Positions 52,501-64,000 of a DNA stretch of 64,000 nt are shown piece after piece. The notes under the pieces were generated by a model, which was not told the origin of the DNA, did no database searches, and was given only the letters and a program-made list of their open reading frames with translations. The DNA comes from Macrostomum lignano. Taxonomy: Eukaryota. The stretch lies in NCBI GenBank assembly GCA_002269645.1, contig NIVC01000070.1, positions 930,001 through 994,000 on the forward strand. Reading direction: 5' to 3'. Positions within the stretch are counted from its first letter, which is position 1. Every line of letters begins with the position of its first letter. A program made the translations under genes and the position numbers.

Positions 52501-53392
52501 ATTGATTATGGATTCAGAGACTGGGATTATTGATTATGGATTCAGAGATTGGGATTATTGATTATGGATTCAGAGACTGGGATTATTGATTATGGATTCA
52601 GAGATTGGGATTATTGATTATGGATTCAGAGACTGGGATTATTGATTATGGATTCAGAGACTGGGATCATCAATGATTTGGGATTCAGAGACTGGGATCT
52701 AGGATGTGAGATTCAGATCGAGAATGTGCCACTTTGAGCTTTGAAGTCTTAGACTCAACTCAGTAATAAAATCTTCATCTTCAATTTCTCACCTTCAGGC
52801 GCAGCTTCTCTCCCTCATCAACCAGCTGGAGACGACTCGCATTCAAGCGCGCCAACTGCAGGACCAGCTGAACTCTTCTCAGCTGGCATCAACATCGCCA
52901 GTTGTAGAATCACCAACCTTGGCCGCCTCTCTGCAGCAGCAGCCACCGAAGTCCTCTCTGCCCAGCATTGAAGTTGTTGACGGGGCCGACGCTCGCCGCT
53001 GCTTCACCCACTGGGTGCCCGACCACCAGCGAAGCAGGTGCGCCGGCTGCGCTGCGACATTCTGGAAAGCAATCAGGCGTCGGCATCATTGCCGCGCCTG
53101 TGGCGACGTGTTCTGCCACGCCTGCTGCTGCGAGTACGTGCAGCTGCCCAGCCAGCTGCTGTCGGGCCCCAGCCGGGTCTGCAGGCCCTGCGCCACCGCG
53201 GTCAGGAATGTCGTTCAGCAGGTCGAGTTTGGCGGCGGCAGCAGCGGCGACGGCGGCAACGATGATACCGCCGCTCTGACGGCAGCGGCAGCGGCGGCCG
53301 CTGCGGCGGCTGCAGTTCTTACTACACAGCAGGTGCCGGCGCCTTCGATATCGATTACGTCATCGGACAGCCAGATTACCGTGAAATCTTAA
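46556..53392 (+). CDS. MTMR3: Myotubularin-related phosphoinositide phosphatase with C-terminal FYVE domain (MTMR3/MTMR4 type), 747 aa; exons 46556-47109, 47553-47795, 51009-51289, 51488-52059, 52799-53392
   Basis: PH-GRAM IIALTSYRL; WRLSKANDDYSVCSSY; YRSRGRFPSIVW; DARTYRSALANRTVGGG; catalytic VLVHCSDGWDRTPQ; REWLQFGHKF; FVQFLDCLHQLISQFPSEFEF; FYVE WVPD…RRRHHCRACG…RVC; phases consistent (2244 nt). Start could be ATG 46565. Confidence 0.92.
47140..47400 (+). repeat. MTMR intron 1 degenerate ~33-bp repeat (GAGATTTTGAAGATCTAGATTCTTG…)
   Basis: Imperfect tandem repetition. Confidence 0.75.
47796..48478 (+). repeat. MTMR intron 2 minisatellite, 21-bp unit GTATGACCTGCATGACTGGCT
   Basis: Direct tandem repetition starting at intron position +1. 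Confidence 0.95.
49129..50750 (+). repeat. MTMR intron 2 minisatellite, 20-bp unit ACT(C/A)CAGTGACTCTCCTGA(C/T), ~80 copies
   Basis: Direct tandem repetition, degenerating at the 3' end. Confidence 0.97.
51318..51465 (+). repeat. MTMR intron 3 minisatellite, 20-bp unit ATCTATCCCATGGATTGCTA
   Basis: Direct tandem repetition filling most of a 198-bp intron. Confidence 0.9.
52140..52700 (+). repeat. MTMR intron 4 minisatellite, 28-bp unit GGATTCAGAGACTGGGATTATTGATTAT
   Basis: Direct tandem repetition. Confidence 0.95.
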
Positions 53393-54654
53393 TTGATTCC
53401 TGTGGATTCTATTTTGCAAAACAATGATGTTCAACAATATATAGCTGGTAATTTCTAATCAGTAGCAAGTAAAGAAAGCTGTAAGTGTTTTGTTAGAATA
53501 GCTAGATAATTAAGATCAATTTCTTTCGATCAGTTCAGTAGTTAGGACGCTAAACCCGAGGCAGAAGTAATTTACATTTGCACTGAGCAAAGCGCAAGCG
53601 GGGCAGATAAATGTACATATAAATTTAAGCCCCGTCCCGACGCTGGAGGATTAAGTCCGTAAAAATAAAGAAAAGATTTTATTGCCAACCGATTTTATTG
53701 AAGCGAATCACGTGACACGCCTTCGGGGCCTACATGTACATTTGCGTTAACTAGCTCAGTTGATAATGTACACTGCTGCATAACCCGCCTAGTCAATTAA
53801 AAAATCAGGGATTGATTTTATTCCATGCCATGACCCCACCCTGTTTTACTCATATTGAGGGGTAGAGGAGGGGCAGAAATCACGTGACGCTGATTCCTCC
53901 GGTCTAATGTACATTATTACCAGGCTAAACCCCCAGGACGCGAGAGAGCAATAAAATTTGCGAAGCAGCTTTGCGTGTTGATAAATAGGAAGAACTGGCT
54001 ACTGGCCTACTGATTTGGAAGTAGCTTAGAAGCATATTCGCTGGTTAATCAGATTTTTTATCGTTTTATGTAAATAAGTATTGCTCATCTGTCATTTTTC
54101 AATTTTAGTTTTTTGACACTATAAAGCTGTAAAAATTTATACGTCAAGTGTTTTTAATACCATCATTTGTATTACCTTTGCATGCGTCAATTAACTTTTT
54201 CGTGTCTCCTAATTGTGATAAAATCAAATTATCTGTATATCGCTCTATTTTTATAAGCTAAGAGTCTAGCATACTGTTAGTGTTTTATTAAATTGAACTC
54301 AAGTTTTCTTTACGTGCCTAATCGCTTAAGTGTTTAGAAATTCTTTTTCAAAAATTGTTTTTAAGGGTTTCATTAATTCCACTGGCTTACGTAAGAAGTT
54401 CATATCAAACTCGTGCATGCATTGCCTGCTCATAAATAACCCCCCGGCGAGTGCCAGGGAAATGTCTAACCAAATTCTAATAATAAACGGTGGATTTCAA
54501 AGTTTGTAACTAAACCTCACGTTCGACAACACTGTATAGGTAGGTGTATTGTGCAAGTCAACTTTTTCTATTTAAATTATGCGGTGTATTGTTTTGTGCA
54601 TAAGTTCAAGTTCAAGCGTCATTTTATCTAATTATAACATATGTAATTATCTAC

Positions 54655-55360
54655 AACCCGGGTGTACACTGGTCCCTATCAACACCCACCAGCAGTGTAC
54701 ACTGGTCCCTATCAACACCCACCAGCAGTGTACACTGGTCCCTATCAACACCCACCAGCAGTGTACACTGCTCCCTATCAACACCCACCAGCAGTGTACA
54801 CTGATCCCTATCAACACCCACCACCCCGCAGTATACACTGGCCCCTATCAACACCCACCGCGGCACCGCCCCGCAGTGTACACTGGTCCCTATCAACACC
54901 CACCAGCAGTGTACACTGATCCCTATCAACACCCACCACCCCGCAGTATACACTGATCCCTATCAAAACCTACCTACCCGCAGTATACACTGGTCCCTAT
55001 CAACACCCACCACCCCGCACTGTACACTTGACCCTATTAACACCCACCACCCTGCAGTGTACACTGATCCCTATCAACACCCACCACCCCGCAGTATACA
55101 CTGGTCCCTATCAACACCCACCACCCCGCAGTGTACACTGATCCCTATCAAAACCTACCTACCCGCAGTATACACTGGTCCCTATCAACACCCACCACCC
55201 CGCAGTGTACACTGATCCCTATCAAAACCTACCTACCCGCAGTATACTCTGGTCCCTATCAACACCCACCACCCCGCACTGTACACTTGACCCTATTAAC
55301 ACCCACCACCCTGCAGTGTACACTGGTCCCTATCAACACCCACCACCCCGCAGCGTACAC
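54655..55360 (+). repeat. Intergenic minisatellite, 33-36-bp unit CAGTGTACACTGGTCCCTATCAACACCCACCA(CCCC)G
   Basis: Direct tandem repetition between the convergent MTMR and PSME4 3' ends. Confidence 0.93.
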
Positions 55361-56028
55361 TTAACGTCACCAATGTATCTAATTCTAAGCGTTTCTTATG
55401 TAGTGACTATTTTTATTTATCGCACCCGTACGTTACTCTAGTAACTCTGTAAAATCGTTTTACATTAACTTTGGCATCAATATATCATTAGAAATCGCCC
55501 CACACCGGAAATGTGTTTCAATCGTCAGATTTTTAAGTAAAAATTCAGCAGATCCAACGAGTATGACTTATTCATTTCATTTCAAATTCAAAGCTTCAAG
55601 ACTGGCGAAACGGCATAAAATGGTTCATATTTTAATAATACGCACTGCCCACCGAAGGCCAAGGAGACACGCCGGCAATATCAACTAAAGGAACATAAGA
55701 GCCAGAACTGAGAGAAGTGTTCTTTCTGACGAAAATAGAATCAATAGCAGCGATGATGGTAGGGTAAATCCGGGAGTTGGGACTGTCGGACTGACTGACT
55801 GAATGGCAGCAAGATAAAAAAACGCAAATCTATCGCTCTGAACTAGTCAAAGTACTTGCAGTAGTAAACTGTTGTTAAGTTTTGTCACCAGGAGAGCAAA
55901 CAGAAGACAAACAAGTTAATTCGGGGGCTTGGAAGACCTACTCGATCGCTCACTGTCACACAGGAGGAGGGGGGGGGCTAAAAAATCAATTCCGCTATTT
56001 GAGTAACCCAGTCCGAGGGCCAAGCAGG

Positions 56029-59000
56029 TCAGGCATAGTAGTTAGGCGACACCAGCAGGTCCGTGAGCACTAGCAGCTGCTCCTCGGTGAACATGTCCTT
56101 GTCGGCGTGCCAGGTCTCCTGGTGAGTCCGCTTGAAGCTGGCCAGGGTGCTGCGAACCGAGCTTTTTATTGGCTCGGGGTCGTTCACGTGCTGGCACAGC
56201 TGCATCAGCACAGGCGGCAGGTGCGCCGGGACATCGTAGGGCGCCGATTCAACTATGGAGCAGAGGCCGAGCACCCCGCTATGCCTGGCGTTCACCTGGC
56301 CGAGCTCCGGGCCGCTGCCGCCCGGCTGCCGCTTCCTCAGGCGGGTGCGGCACAGGCGCTGCAGGTCGGGCAGCAGCTGGGCTCCGTCATCGGTCAGTCG
56401 GAGGTAGCCGCAGCGCAGCAGGCCCGACAGCGTCCCCGAGGCCGCCTTGCGCACGTCCAGACTGTCGTCCTGCAGCAGGCGGAGCACCAGGCGGCGAACT
56501 CGGGAGGGCAGGTCGCCTGGGGATGTCAGGAGAAAATGATCGGTAAAGACATTGAGCTGTTCCGGGAGATGATCTAAGCTTAAGGAGTCAGGAGAGCACT
56601 GAGGTGTCAGGAGACTAGAGGAGAGACATGGAGGTGTCAGGGAAGGCATGGAGGTGTCAGGAGAGACACTGAGGTGTCAGGAGAGCACTGAGGTGTCAGG
56701 AGAGACATGGAGGTGTCAGGGAAGGCATGGAGGTGTCAGGAGAGACACTGAGGTGTCAGGGAAGGCATGGAGGTGTCAGGAGAGACACTGAGGTGTCAGG
56801 GAAGACATGGGGGTGTCAGGGAAGGCATGGAGGTGTCAGGAGAGACACTGAGGTGTCAGGGAAGACATGGAGGTGTCAGGGAAGGCATGGAGGTGTCAGG
56901 AGAGACACCGAGGTGTCAGGAAAGCCACTTAGGTGTCAGGAAGGACATGAAGGTGTCAGGAGAGACACTGAGGTGTCAGGAAAGCCAGTTAGGTGTCAGG
57001 AAGGACATGAAGGTGTCAGGAGAGACACTGAGGTGTCAGGAAAGCCATTTAGGTGTCAGGAAGGACATGAAGGTGTCAGGAGAGACACTGAGGTGTCAGG
57101 AAAGCCATTTAGGTGTCAGGAAGGACATGAGGGAGTGTCAGGAGAGACACTGAGGTGTCAGGAAAGCCACTTAGGTGTCAGGAAGGACATGAAGGTGTCA
57201 GGAGAGACACTGAGGTGTCAGGAAAGCCATTTAGGTGTCAGGAAGGACATGGAGGTGTCAGGAGAGACACTGAGGTGTAAAAAGACAGAAGATTCCAGAT
57301 GCAGGCCACTCACCAGCGGCCATGACAAACAGGTTGAAGAACACGCAACACTGCAGCAGCCTGAGCAGGCATTCCCGCGACTTCCAGGAAATCAAGCTGG
57401 TCGATAGCTGTTCAAAACGGTCGACAAGCTGCGGCGCCACCTCAGAAGTGACGGGGAGCACGGCGAACGTGTCCAAAGCCGCTTGCAAGTCTTTGTCCAG
57501 CATCAGATCGAAGCTGGAGATCTGCAGCAGTTCGAGCATCGGTGGCAGCAGCAGCCAGATGGACTCATTCGGCTGGGTTGATGCCGAGTAGCCAGCCTGG
57601 TTAACTGCAGTGCAGATGCTGCGGATGGTGAACACGGCGTCGCTCTTGCGCTGCTGCGTCTCAGTTGCGTCCGGCGAGGCGACCGAGCTGGAAATTGCGT
57701 CATTTATCATTTGACCTTAAGTAACGGCCGCAATAGTATTCGGAAATCGAAATAACCTCTAAATGACCCCGACTGATCTCAGAACAGCACTGGGATGACC
57801 AAACAACCTCAAATTACCTTGAATTTATATGACGTCACACTAAACCGGAATAAAAAACGCGGATTACAAGGAGCAATTCAGATTAGACCGACTTAAACGA
57901 GCCAAAAAACAGCACAACATATTTAACTGCTCACGAAGACTGCTGCGACATTTCCACGTCCTCCAGGTCATCCTCCTCGGTCTCTCCGCTGCGCTCGTCG
58001 ACAATGCGAACGCTGGCCGAGCTGGAGCTTGCGGCCCCGGCCACCGCCGCCGCTACCGAGCCGTCCTCGCTGGCAACAACCTGGCCGGGGTGGCCGGGCA
58101 GCGGCAGCGACACCGGCTCCAGGCCGGTTGCGACAACCAGCGAGCGGCGAGCGGCGACCCGAATGGTTGCGCCGGACAGTCTGGTGGACGCGGCCGTCTG
58201 GTGCATCGCCGACTGCGCTCGGGCGGCCTGCAAGTCGTGGGCGGATCGCACCGGAGTCAGCGCCGAGGGACCGCCGTTGTCGGCGCACATGGACATGAGG
58301 ATGTCGCGAGACTGGGTGAGCTTCGGCACTAGCATGTCGGCGATGATGGCGGAGGCGGTGAACGGCAGCCTGGAAGGTCGGGGGGGCGATGAGAATTAAG
58401 TATGTATTTTATTTTTAGACAGATTGCAGACACAATAGACACTGGAAGTGACGCCAATACAGATTCGTCACACTGCAGAGAATGAAGGAGAGAGACATCA
58501 AATTACAGATACCAGAACAGACAGCACTGAGACAGACAGATGACAGACACTGAAACAGACAGGTGACAGACAACTGAAACAGACAGGTGACAGACAACTG
58601 AAGCAGACAGGTGACAGACAAGTGAAACAGACAGATGACAGACACTGAAACAGACAGATGGCAGGCAATGAGACAGACAGATGACAGGCAATGAAACAGA
58701 CAGATGATAGGCACTGAAACAGACAGATGACAGACACTGAAACAGATTACAGACAGCAAAACAGTCATATGTACGGACACTGAAGCAGTGAAAAAAACAC
58801 AGACAACGATAAACCAGCGCCAGACTGGCAATTCCTACCTGTCTACATTGAATCCCTGGGTCTGGTAGTCCATGTCAGACAGAAATGCGCTGAGCACGGA
58901 TGCCGCTGTTGACCGTAGCCGGGTATCGTGCCTCGCCAGGTTGTCCAGCACATACGGCAGAATCTGCTGCTGCAGTTCTATACCCCGCCAGTGCAAGGAC

Positions 59001-61505
59001 AGCAGACAGATGCACAGCATTTTCAATCGGACGCACTCTTTAAAAGCGGAACCGTTGGTCAGGTGCTTTCTTAGAAATTCAAATAGCGGAGTCAGTCGAT
59101 AGGGACTCAGTGTGCAGTCGTTCCACAGGTAAGCCAGGGCCTCCACCCAATAGGTGAGCGAGCTCTCGCTGACTGTGGCCACCGCAGCCTCGAGTAACTG
59201 AAGAACCCATTGCCACATCTGCTGGTAGTCCTTGAGGCCCCACGACTTGGAGCCGCGTAATAGGCCACCAACTACGGCTGAGCGGCGGGTTGGTGAAGGG
59301 TTGGATCGGTGAGTCGCGTCATTTAAGTTGCATATTTCATATATATGCATGCAATTTATATTTCATTTTCAGCATCAATTATAATCTGTAAACATGGAGT
59401 CTGCAGAATTCTGCAAATTCTGTAGGCTAGAGGCCCAACAGTGAAAAGGTAGGGATGAGATGCTGCTGCTAGATCTCAAATGACCCATATGACTAACCTT
59501 AAATGACCCATATGACTGACCTCAAATGACCCATATGACTGACCTCAAATGACCCATATGACTGACCTCAAATGACCCATATGACTGACCTCAGATGACC
59601 CATATGACTGACCTCAAATGACCCATATGACTGATCTCAAATGACTCATATGACTGACCTCAAATGACCCATATGACTGACCTCAAATGACCCATATGAC
59701 TGACCTCAAATGACCCATACGACTGATCTCAAATGACCCATACGACTGACCTCAAATGACCCATATAACTAACCTCAAATGACCCATACGACTGACCTCA
59801 AATGACCCATATAACTAACCTCAAATGACCCATATGACTAACCTCAAATGACCCATATAACTAACCTCAAATGACCCATATAACTGACCTTAAATGACCC
59901 ATATGACTGACCCCGAATGACCCATACGACTGACCTCAAATGACCCAGATGACTGACCTCAGATGACCCAGATGACTGACCTCAAATGACCCAGATGACT
60001 GACCTCAAATGACCCAGATGACTGACCTCAGATGACTCAGATGACTGACCTCAAATGACCCAGATGACAAATGCGATCCCCCTAACCAGACCACAGCTTA
60101 CCAGCAGCAGATTTATGAATGACGTCTTCCTTATCGTGCCCACTGCAGCCTTCCAGCAGCTGTCGCATGGAGTCGATAAAGCATTCCCCGCTCTTCGCGT
60201 CAGTGAAGACATTCGGACCGTAGATTTTCGCCAGCAGGGAGACCATGTTCTCAGTGGGGAATTTGTCCATATCCTCCAGATCGTCCAGCCCGTCCATGGT
60301 GTCGCTTTGCTTGTCCTTCTCGTACAGCGAGGTCATGCAGCTGGTGAGCAGGAACTGCCAGGTGTCCCCGGCGGTGAAGAACTGTCTAACCAGCTGGCCG
60401 CACTCGTCCAGCTGCCGGTCAGCCGGCAGGTAATCGGCCGGATCGCGGATTCGAACCACCGGCGGCCAATAGGTGAATCCCATTGTCTCTTTGTCAACGC
60501 GGGGAAATTTCTCCCAAGTGGCCTGATCCGAGTAGGCGTCTCGTTGGCTGGAGAACACCAGGAAGTCGTTGTCTGGCCGGGGCCCGGGCACGCGGCATTC
60601 GGCCAGGTTGGCCGGGTGCGGCGTCAGGCAGATCCGCCTGGCAACAAAGCGCTTGCTGTACATCACGGCATCGAGTAGGTGGCAGGCGTTCGACCTGATA
60701 GAGGGCACCGAGCTCTTCATGTGGTGCAGGATGAAGCGGACTGTGCTGACCTGCGCGATGGGAGGATTCGGTGGAGATTTTAATGCGCTGTCGATTCAGA
60801 TCAGCTCGATTAGGATGTCACCAGCGCACAAAGCCCCCCCTTCCCATGGGGGCATTTAAATTCATAATATTTGACCCAGCACTTTCAAAGCGATTTTTTA
60901 TCGCAAGGTTTTCTGTATTTGGCAGTTTTGTATTTTTTGATACATATCGGCTTTATTTCTCCGCCAGACGGTTCTCGAAAAAATCAGATGCACAGACAGA
61001 GACAAACAGCGCAAAATTAAAACATAGATCTGATTTCAACTCACGGGAATGGGCACATCGTACTGCCCGGGCATCAGGTCCATGATGAGGCGAACGATCT
61101 GCCAGCTGGACTCGTTCCTGCCGGCCGCATCCAGCAGCCAGTCCGTGCTGCTGTGGAACAGTTTCCATCGGTTTGAGAAATCTTCGGCCAGCAGCGACTC
61201 GGCAGAGAGGCGCTCCGACTCCGTGGGCGCCGCTTTGGCGCCCTGCTCGGCCAGAAGGCGCTCGGCGAGGCTGCGCAGGGCGTCCGGGGTTGCTGGCCGA
61301 GCGATGTTGAGCGTGTTGAGCGACTCCAGCACGCACAGCTCCAGCTCGTCCACCTGGCATTTTGGAGCACATTGTTGTAATGGGGATTCAGAGGCAATAG
61401 GAGAGGCAATCGGATACTGTGCGCTGCAGACAGACAGACAGGCAGACACAGACAGACAGACAGACAGATAGACAGACATACATACAGACAGACAGACAGA
61501 CAGAC

Positions 61506-61574
<69 letters not shown>

Positions 61575-61581
61575 GGCAGAC

Positions 61582-61616
<35 letters not shown>

Positions 61617-61623
61617 GGCAGAC

Positions 61624-61674
<51 letters not shown>

Positions 61675-61769
61675 GGCAGACAGACAGACATGCAGACAGA
61701 CAGATAGACAGACATACAGACAGACAGACATGCATACAGACAGAGTCACAGAGAGACAGACAAACAGAC

Positions 61770-61816
<47 letters not shown>

Positions 61817-63344
61817 GCCCCATGAGTTAAACCTTCTTATCCACGTTGCCCTCCAGCAGGAAGGGGCTGAGCTTGGCCTGCACCAGGGCCTGGCCAACCA
61901 GAGGCACAACGCTGTAGACGGTGCTACCGAAATCCGGGTAGAACTCTCGCAGCACCTCCAGCAGGCCTTCAAATTCGTGTCGTTTCATGTCGCCGCCGCC
62001 GGCTTCCAACTGTTGGCAGGCTTTAGGCAGAAATAGCTGAGGCGACTGCCTGAAGCGGTAGAAGAACTCCAGCAGGTAGTTCCGGGCTACAGATCTCACT
62101 CGCTCGTACGGCGACTGCACGGCGGTTCGGTAGAGCAGCCAGCCGATCTCCAGGGCCGACGAGTCCATGCGGCGCGAATTGGACATGAGGCGGGTGCAGT
62201 GGCAGACGCAGACGCGGAGGAAATGATAAACGGGCAGATGATACTCTTTGCCCAGCAGGGAGTTGCGGCAGAATATCACGATATTGTTGATCCATTTGGT
62301 GAGCACCTGGGCGCGGGTTGCGATTGGGGAGGTTTGTTTATTTTAAGATCGTGCCAGTCACTCCAAAATGTCACTCTTTAGAAAGTGACTCTTTAAAATT
62401 GTCACTCTTTAGAAAGTGACTCTTTGAAATGTCACTCTTGAGAAAGTGACTCTTTGAAATTGTCACTCTTTAGAAAGTGACTCTTTTGAAATTGTCACTC
62501 CTTAGAAAGTGACTCTTTTGAAATTGTCACTCTTTAGAAAGTGACTCTTTGAAATTGTCACTCTTTGGAAAGTGACTCTTTGAAATGTCACTCTTGAGAA
62601 AGTGACTCTTTGAAATTGTCACTCTTGAGAAAGTGACTCTTTGAAATGTCACTCTTGAGAAAGTGACTCTTTGAAATGTCACTCCTTAGAAAGTGACTAT
62701 TTTGAAATGTCACTCTTGAGAAAGTGACTCTTTGAAATTGTCACTCTTTAGAAAGTGACTCTTGAAATTGTCACTCTTTAGAAAGTGACTCTTGAAATTG
62801 TCACTCCTTAGAAAGAGACTCTTTGAATTGTCACTATTTAGAAAGTGACTCTTTGAAATTTCAAACTTTAGGGAGTGACTCTTTGAAATTGTCACTCTAT
62901 ATGGGAGTGACCATTTGAAATGTCACTCTTTAGGGGGTGACTCTTTGGAATGTAACTTGCTATGCATAAATTGGTACTTATTGAGTCACTGTTTAAGTCA
63001 ACTATTTAAGACTTTTTAGGAGTAAGGAGTGAAAAAATTATGATTAATAAACTGCTCACTTTCTTAATAGCCGAATAATCCAGAAAGGGGAACAGCAGCG
63101 AATTGAACAGCAGAATGAGCTCCTCAAGCGACTGCGTGTCGTCTTCGCACTTCTCAGTGAGATGTTGAAACAGTCTGATTGCCAGCTTGCGCAACTCGCA
63201 GCGCAAATTCTTGCCGGACCAGGTGATCTCGAAGCTGTCTAAGCGGTAGACAAATTTGGACACTTCAGTCGGGGCGCTGATCTCGGCCACTGGTAGCAGC
63301 GGCACCAGCTCGTCCTGCCACATGGGGGTCACGTGCTCCACGCC
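56029..63344 (-). CDS. PSME4: Proteasome activator complex subunit 4 (PA200/Blm10), 3' portion (~1150 aa); exons 63344-63060, 62306-61833, 61353-61045, 60750-60102, 59277-58839, 58369-57935, 57687-57314, 56516-56029; 5' exons lie beyond the window
   Basis: C-terminus RHSGVLGLCSIVESAPYDVP…LASFKRTHQETW…EQLLVLTDLLVSPNYYA* (HbYX motif); GGLLRGSKSW; TWEKFPRVDKETMGFTYWP; LQDDSLDVRKAASGTLSGLL; all phases consistent (3453 nt). Confidence 0.92.
56585..57278 (+). repeat. PSME4 last-intron minisatellite, 20-bp GAGGTGTCAGG-core units in a 60-bp higher-order arrangement
   Basis: Direct tandem repetition of three alternating variants. Confidence 0.93.
58490..58760 (+). repeat. PSME4 intron minisatellite, ~23-bp unit ACAGACAGATGACAGACACTGAA
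   Basis: Imperfect tandem repetition. Confidence 0.85.
59475..60068 (+). repeat. PSME4 intron minisatellite, 23-bp unit ATGACCCATATGACTGACCTCAA
   Basis: Period 23 (59521 to 59544). Confidence 0.95.
61428..61817 (+). repeat. (GACA)n microsatellite in PSME4 intron
   Basis: Direct tandem repetition. Confidence 0.95.
62362..62950 (+). repeat. PSME4 intron minisatellite, ~30-bp unit AAATTGTCACTCTTTAGAAAGTGACTCTTTG with internal inverted repeat
   Basis: Direct tandem repetition; GTCACT…AGTGAC in each unit. Confidence 0.93.
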
Positions 63345-63454
63345 CTGCGGAGTTGGCAAGGAGATTAGTAAGTAAAATAGCATGTACATTTCGTCACATA
63401 CATGTACGAGCGTACGAGTATTCAGCGGGAATATGGCGAAAAAGATTCTGTCAG

Positions 63455-64000
63455 GAGGAGCGCCGAAATGACGTCAGAATTGGCGCCACGTCAAAAATGG
63501 CGCCAAAAAGATGTCAGAAATCTATAATATACGTTATGCGTTAATTTTACGTTATACGTGAAATATGCGTTAAAATGCTGCTAAATAGACGTTAACTAAG
63601 CACCAAAGAGACGTCAGAAATTGCGCCCAACTAGACGTCAAACATGGCGCCAATACATACGTCAGAAATGGTGCTAAATAGATGTTTAATAGACGTTAAA
63701 TAGTTAGTTAAAAGGCGTTAACTAAGCGCCAAAAATGTCAAAAATGGCGCCAAGAAAAGGTCAGAAACAGCGCCAAAGTATATGTCAGAAATTGCGCCAA
63801 AATACGTCAGAAATGGCGCCAAAATATACGATAGAAATGGCGCTAAATAGACGTCAACTTAGCGCCAAAAAAGACGGCAGAAATGGCGCCAACATAGACG
63901 TCAAACACGGCGCCAAAATAGATGTCAGAAACGGCGCCAAACTAGACGTCAGAAATGGCGCCAAAACATACTTCAGAAAGGGCGCCAAAAAATTAGCAGC
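63455..64000 (+). repeat. Degenerate ~30-bp repeat built from GGCGCCAAAA and GACGTCAGAAAT modules (PSME4 intron)
   Basis: Imperfect tandem repetition to the window end. Confidence 0.8.

Noticed and set aside
61354-61430. Alternative PSME4 acceptors next to the (CTGT)n tract (after gcgcacag or tgcag)
   Set aside because: The ccag|GTG acceptor at 61353 gives better gap-free similarity to PA200 (…EGNVDKK|VDELEL…); the upstream ones add low-complexity residues or the wrong phase
56107-62381. Numerous GC-rich ORFs antisense or out of frame to PSME4, MTMR, CRYM and iGluR exons
   Set aside because: Shadow ORFs of GC3-rich coding exons

Overview
Eukaryotic (animal) genomic DNA, not prokaryotic: GC-rich exons separated by GT-AG introns that are mostly filled with intron-specific mini/microsatellites. 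The style suggests a Macrostomum-like free-living flatworm (inference, not verified). Manual splicing gives five genes with phase-consistent exons: (1) an NPF/NPY neuropeptide precursor (- strand, 21119-22330, SRPRFamide, with the family-diagnostic phase-2 intron); (2) a 10-exon, 870-aa, highly divergent ionotropic glutamate-receptor-family subunit (+, 25273-37309); (3) a mu-crystallin/ketimine reductase (CRYM/OCD family; -, 40207-42150) with a second intact, same-phase first coding exon (42840-43204); (4) a 747-aa MTMR3/4-type myotubularin with FYVE domain (+, 46556-53392); (5) the 3' ~1150 codons of PSME4/PA200 (-, 56029-63344, continuing beyond the window). A 16.4-kb 17-bp satellite with higher-order structure (4280-20662) accounts for all the giant ORFs, which are artefacts. 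Best leads: a two-first-exon CRYM cassette with a conversion-like tract; the non-canonical gate, pore and ligand pocket of the iGluR; a 1.9-kb nearly CpG-free, TpA-rich (RIP-like) island; inverted satellite arms bracketing exons; and satellites built from, or anchored at, splice-site sequences. All alignments and counts were done by eye.
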